Shown here one piece after another: positions 1-2,235 of a stretch of 2,235 nt of DNA. The translations under genes and the position numbers were made by a program. Source of the stretch: Escherichia coli (GTDB taxonomy: Bacteria > Pseudomonadota > Gammaproteobacteria > Enterobacterales > Enterobacteriaceae). Position 1 is the first letter of the stretch, and the number at the start of each line of letters is the position of its first letter. The DNA lies in assembly GCF_003334355.1 (NCBI RefSeq), contig NZ_QOWP01000077.1. The stretch is one strand, 5' to 3'. The notes under the pieces are model-generated. The model saw only the letters and a list, made by a program, of their open reading frames with translations. It was not told the DNA's origin and did not search any database.

Positions 1-159
1 AAACCAGACGGGTTAACGGCAGCAAAGAACCTTGCAGAGGCGTTCGAGCATTATAACGAATGGCATCCGCATAGTGCACTGGGTTATCGCTCGCCACGGG
101 AATATCTACGGCAGCGGGCCAGTAATGGGTTAAGTGATAACAGGTGTCTGGAAATATAG
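1..159 (+). CDS. insD: IS2 transposase OrfB (InsD), C-terminal 52 codons; 5'-partial at window edge
   Basis: Open frame 1 from position 1 to TAG at 157..159; the translation carries the [18 protein letters not shown] motif. Confidence 0.8.
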   Translation, partial: KPDGLTAAKNLAEAFEHYNEWHPHSALGYRSPREYLRQRASNGLSDNRCLEI

Positions 160-170
160 GGGGAAATCCA
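130..170 (+). repeat. IS2 right terminal inverted repeat (inner boundary approximate)
   Basis: Terminal sequence ends in GGGGGAAATCCA at 170, as recalled for the IS2 right end; it overlaps the OrfB stop codon. Confidence 0.65.
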
Positions 171-244
171 ATGAACACCTCCCTCTCGAGATTTTTAAAC
201 AAAGCACATTGAAAAATAAATCTCTCTGGGATTGAATTATTCAT
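171..244 (-). pseudogene. 5' stub (24 codons, MNNSIPERFIFQCALFKNLEREVF) of a small gene, probably ymgC, interrupted by IS2; the frame reads on into IS2 with no stop before the window edge
   Basis: Minus-strand ATG at 244..242 preceded by a good Shine-Dalgarno (GAGG, plus 250..253, 5-nt spacer). The position, downstream of ariR on the same strand, is where ymgC lies in the K-12 ycgZ-ymgABC operon. I cannot confirm the YmgC N-terminus from memory. Confidence 0.4.
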
Positions 245-356
245 GTCAGCCTCGTAGAAATATTAACCCAATAAAATTATGCTGTGTATAGTCTAAAGCG
301 ACAGACAAAAATAAGATGAATGAGTTTTCTATAAACTTATACTTAATAATTAGAAG

Positions 357-623
357 TTACATATCATCAGCTGTGTATCGCAACACGATTTCCAGTGTTT
401 TTCTAATCACATCAGCTTTGAGAATATCACTTGTTGTTTCCAGGGAGTGTATCAGACTTAAGATAATATTTTTATTATTAACATTATCGCCTGAAAGCAT
501 TAAATTGGTGACAGCCTGCCCTAACACTGCTGACTCTTCTTCTAACAAATTACCCGAACTGCGAAAGTAACTTGCTAACGCTTTATCAGTTATTGCATTA
601 TGAATTGTAGTATCTTCAAGCAT
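357..623 (-). CDS. ariR: AriR/YmgB, small regulator of acid resistance and biofilm (88 aa)
   Basis: Complete 88-aa ORF with Shine-Dalgarno GAGAGG (plus 629..634) 5 nt upstream of the ATG. Length, sequence and operon position match the recalled E. coli AriR. Shares the L-G-x-x-V-T...N...K...L-E pattern with the ycgZ product. Confidence 0.9.
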
Positions 624-651
624 GGTAACCTCTCATCTTACTTATGAAATT

Positions 652-924
652 TTAATGTATTCTGTTTATTTTCTTACCATTGAACATACTTTTATTGTCA
701 GCTGTCGCTGTTCTTCGGTTTGGCCCTCCTGAATCACTATTGCTAAAATCACGAATTATGCTGTCAATTAAATCGCGTCGGAAAGCATCTTCCTCAGCCG
801 ATTTCATTACGAGTAATTGCTTAATAAGAGTCTGCAATGAAAAATTTATCTTCATGCGCAGTATCTGGAGCACCGCCTGGCCAGTAATTTCATATTTTAT
901 ACGTTCATTATCAGATGTCTTCAT
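652..924 (-). CDS. ymgA: YmgA, small connector protein of the ycgZ-ymgAB operon (90 aa)
   Basis: Complete 90-aa ORF lying 42 bp downstream of ycgZ and 28 bp upstream of ariR on the same strand. Contains a GQAV motif shared with AriR. Own Shine-Dalgarno is weak (GAAG); a 4-codon overlapping upstream ORF is described in findings. Confidence 0.88.
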   Translation of the reverse strand: MKTSDNERIKYEITGQAVLQILRMKINFSLQTLIKQLLVMKSAEEDAFRRDLIDSIIRDFSNSDSGGPNRRTATADNKSMFNGKKINRIH

Positions 925-966
925 AACGACTTCATAGCTAACCTGTTAAATAATCAGGCTGTTGCA

Positions 967-1203
967 TTATTCAAAAAGCAACCCAATTAGTGCATTATAA
1001 TGTTTCTGTTCCTCTTCCCCTGTCGCTTGTTCCAGTCGGCAAAGAAGTTTGGCACAAAGCGACTTTCGACTCAGATTACGTCCATCTTTCAAAATCTCAG
1101 TCACAATTTCCCCGAGAGTTTCCTGCTGAGTAGGCAAGTTAGCTTTTGCAAAGTAACGAGTGATTGCTCCCGCAGAATCTGAAGTCACTGAATTTTGATG
1201 CAT
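967..1203 (-). CDS. ycgZ: YcgZ, first gene of the ycgZ-ymgA-ariR operon (78 aa)
   Basis: Complete 78-aa ORF with Shine-Dalgarno AGAGG (plus 1211..1215) 7 nt upstream of the ATG. Clear similarity to AriR (YF...LGEIVTEILKDGRNLSRKSLCAKLLCRLE against [29 protein letters not shown]). Divergent from bluF as in K-12. Confidence 0.9.
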   Translation of the reverse strand: MHQNSVTSDSAGAITRYFAKANLPTQQETLGEIVTEILKDGRNLSRKSLCAKLLCRLEQATGEEEQKHYNALIGLLFE

Positions 1204-1259
1204 GCTACGCCTCTGTTAAAAATGTTAATCAATGTGAAGTGAGGTAACAATAGCAAACT

Positions 1260-1278
1260 TGTACGAAATATGTGTACA
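1260..1278. promoter_or_regulatory. Inverted repeat TGTAC-N9-GTACA, candidate repressor operator
   Basis: TGTAC at 1260..1264 and GTACA at 1274..1278 are reverse complements separated by 9 bp, about 57 bp upstream of the ycgZ ATG. Confidence 0.25.
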
Positions 1279-1297
1279 GAATGATAAATTAATTTTT

Positions 1298-1316
1298 TGC
1301 AATTAGTGCTAATGCA
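1298..1316. promoter_or_regulatory. Imperfect inverted repeat TGCAATTAG-TG-CTAATGCA, candidate operator
   Basis: Left arm TGCAATTAG (1298..1306) and right arm CTAATGCA (1309..1316) are reverse complements apart from a single-base indel. Confidence 0.25.
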
Positions 1317-1516
1317 TATAAAACAATGTGTTATGATAAAAAATATTGCATCATTTAACTGACAATCTATACAAGATTTTTCGCCAACTAGTGTTCAACT
1401 TTTTCCATTTTTTATCAATGTAAAGAAACGGTTATGTTTTGGTATTAAAAGAAAGACACAAGAAGATATGTCTGTTACCGTCTTACTCTCGCCTCACCCA
1501 TTACCCTGGATTGTTA

Positions 1517-2116
1517 ATGCTTACCACCCTTATTTATCGTAGCCATATACGTGACGACGAACCTGTCAAAAAAATCGAAGAAATGGTTTCGATAGCAAAT
1601 CGCAGGAACATGCAGTCTGACGTAACAGGGATCTTACTGTTTAATGGTTCTCATTTTTTCCAGCTTCTGGAAGGTCCGGAAGAACAGGTTAAAATGATAT
1701 ATCGGGCTATATGCCAGGATCCACGGCACTATAATATTGTTGAGCTGCTGTGCGATTACGCGCCTGCTCGCCGTTTTGGCAAAGCGGGAATGGAATTATT
1801 TGATTTGCGCCTGCACGAGCGAGATGACGTTTTACAGGCCGTATTCGACAAAGGCACATCAAAATTTCAGCTAACTTATGATGACAGAGCGCTACAATTT
1901 TTTCGTACTTTTGTCCTTGCAACCGAACAATCAACCTATTTCGAGATCCCTGCCGAAGACTCCTGGCTTTTTATCGCTGACGGATCTGATAAAGAACTTG
2001 ATTCCTGTGCCCTTTCACCAACTATAAACGACCACTTTGCCTTTCATCCTATTGTCGATCCCTTATCGCGGCGGATAATCGCTTTTGAAGCCATTGTGCA
2101 AAAAAATGAAGATTGA
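1517..2116 (+). CDS. bluF: BluF/YcgF blue-light antirepressor, N-terminal 199 aa only (intact BLUF domain, EAL domain cut off just after its signature); truncated by IS3 insertion, likely pseudogene
   Basis: MLTTLIYRSHIRDDEP...GILLFNGSHFFQLLEGPEEQV is a BLUF photoreceptor signature. FHPIVDPLSRRIIAFEAIVQ corresponds to the start of an EAL domain, but the ORF stops 5 codons later at the TGA (2114..2116) that is the first triplet of an IS3-type terminal repeat. Recalled full-length BluF is about 403 aa. Start placed at 1517 rather than the track's 1439. Confidence 0.85.
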   Translation: MLTTLIYRSHIRDDEPVKKIEEMVSIANRRNMQSDVTGILLFNGSHFFQLLEGPEEQVKMIYRAICQDPRHYNIVELLCDYAPARRFGKAGMELFDLRLHERDDVLQAVFDKGTSKFQLTYDDRALQFFRTFVLATEQSTYFEIPAEDSWLFIADGSDKELDSCALSPTINDHFAFHPIVDPLSRRIIAFEAIVQKNED

Positions 2117-2152
2117 TCCTACCCACGTAATATGGACACAGGCCTAAGCGAG
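2114..2152. repeat. IS3-type terminal inverted repeat (about 39 bp from recall; inner boundary approximate)
   Basis: Starts with the TGATCC typical of IS3-family ends (5'-TG...), abutting bluF codon 199. Confidence 0.65.
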
Positions 2153-2235
2153 GTTCTGGTTTTCAAATTGTTCCGGACTGAGGCCGCCACACCAACTGTG
2201 CCGCCGCCACCGATTGTAATCACATTCGATATAAT
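2144..2235 (-). CDS. IS3-family transposase OrfB, C-terminal fragment; 5'-partial at window edge
   Basis: Minus-strand frame open from the window edge to TAG (plus 2146..2144); the translation ends ...YNRWRRHSWCGGLSPEQFENQNLA. Confidence 0.7.
   Translation of the reverse strand, partial: YIECDYNRWRRHSWCGGLSPEQFENQNLA

Larger units (their letters stand above)
1..170 (+). mobile_element. IS2 (IS3 family), right-hand end; the element extends left beyond the window
   Basis: Frame 1 translates to ...[38 protein letters not shown], matching the recalled C-terminus of IS2 OrfB (the HSALGY..SP motif is typical of IS3-family DDE transposases). The last 41 bp, TTAAGTGATAACAGGTGTCTGGAAATATAGGGGGAAATCCA, match the recalled IS2 right terminal repeat, ending at 170. 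Composition changes sharply to AT-rich DNA after 170. Confidence 0.85.
1204..1516. promoter_or_regulatory. Divergent control region between ycgZ and bluF; expected to hold the ycgZ promoter with its BluR (YcgE, MerR-like) operator and the bluF promoter
   Basis: A 313-bp non-coding, very AT-rich interval between two divergently oriented start codons, with A/T tracts and two inverted repeats. Exact -10/-35 elements could not be assigned confidently by eye. Confidence 0.6.
2114..2235 (-). mobile_element. IS3-family element (IS3-like), right-hand end; the element extends right beyond the window with its transposase on the minus strand
   Basis: Terminus TGATCCTACCCACGTAATATGGACACAGGCCTAAGCGAG resembles the recalled IS3 terminal repeats (TGATC.TACCCA...TGGACAC...GC.TAAG.GAG). 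Minus-strand translation gives ...YIECDYNRWRRHSWCGGLSPEQFENQNLA*, a DDE-transposase C-terminus like IS3 OrfB. GC content rises abruptly here. Confidence 0.8.

Noticed and set aside
245-356. Rho-independent terminator downstream of ariR
   Set aside because: No GC-rich stem-loop followed by a T-run on the minus strand. This fits ariR and the ymgC-like gene being co-transcribed.
316-570. 84-aa plus-strand ORF from the six-frame track
   Set aside because: Lies entirely antisense to the well-supported ariR gene, has no convincing ribosome-binding site and a low-complexity, Ile/Leu/Ser-rich translation typical of shadow ORFs in AT-rich DNA.
680-937. 85-aa plus-strand ORF from the six-frame track
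   Set aside because: Antisense shadow of ymgA; no independent support.
1000-1182. 60-aa plus-strand ORF from the six-frame track
   Set aside because: Antisense shadow of ycgZ; no independent support.
1439-1516. Longer bluF start at 1439 (26-aa N-terminal extension MVLKERHKKICLLPSYSRLTHYPGLL)
   Set aside because: BLUF domains normally begin at the conserved first strand (here MLTTLIYRS). The ATG at 1517 has a GGA 6 nt upstream, whereas 1439 has no recognisable Shine-Dalgarno. The recalled K-12 BluF starts at MLTTL.
1707-1934. 75-aa minus-strand ORF from the six-frame track
   Set aside because: Antisense to the BLUF-domain region of bluF; no independent support.
2117-2235. In-frame continuation after the bluF TGA (SYPRNMDTGLSEVLVFKLFRTEAATPTVPPPPIVITFDI), considered as a read-through, a phage tail-fibre fragment, or an invertase crossover site (GGTTCTGGTTTTCAAA)
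   Set aside because: The segment begins with an IS3-type terminal repeat and its minus strand encodes a transposase C-terminus. The plus-frame translation shows no EAL-domain character, so the open frame is an incidental property of IS DNA.
1-2235. CRISPR arrays, tRNA or other structured RNA genes
   Set aside because: No regularly spaced direct repeats and no tRNA-like sequence or cloverleaf potential noticed on either strand.

Overview
This window looks like the Escherichia/Shigella blue-light/biofilm locus (ymgC'-ariR-ymgA-ycgZ divergent from bluF), reverse-complemented relative to the usual K-12 orientation and bracketed by two insertion sequences. Left edge (1..170): the 3' end of an IS2 copy, with the transposase OrfB C-terminus in frame 1 and the right terminal repeat ending ...GGGGGAAATCCA at 170. 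Minus strand: a 24-codon 5' stub of a small gene (probably ymgC) cut by IS2, then three intact paralogous small-protein genes, ariR/ymgB (357..623), ymgA (652..924) and ycgZ (967..1203). An AT-rich 313-bp divergent control region (1204..1516) follows. Plus strand: bluF/ycgF with an intact BLUF domain, terminated at 2116 just after the EAL signature by the TGA that begins an IS3-type terminal repeat (TGATCCTACCCACG...). Right edge (2114..2235): the end of an IS3-family element with the transposase C-terminus on the minus strand. No tRNA, rRNA or CRISPR signal was seen. The most notable point is that both genes flanking the intact ycgZ-ymgA-ariR core are broken by IS elements whose right ends face inward. 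All identity calls rest on recalled sequences and motifs; no database search was possible.
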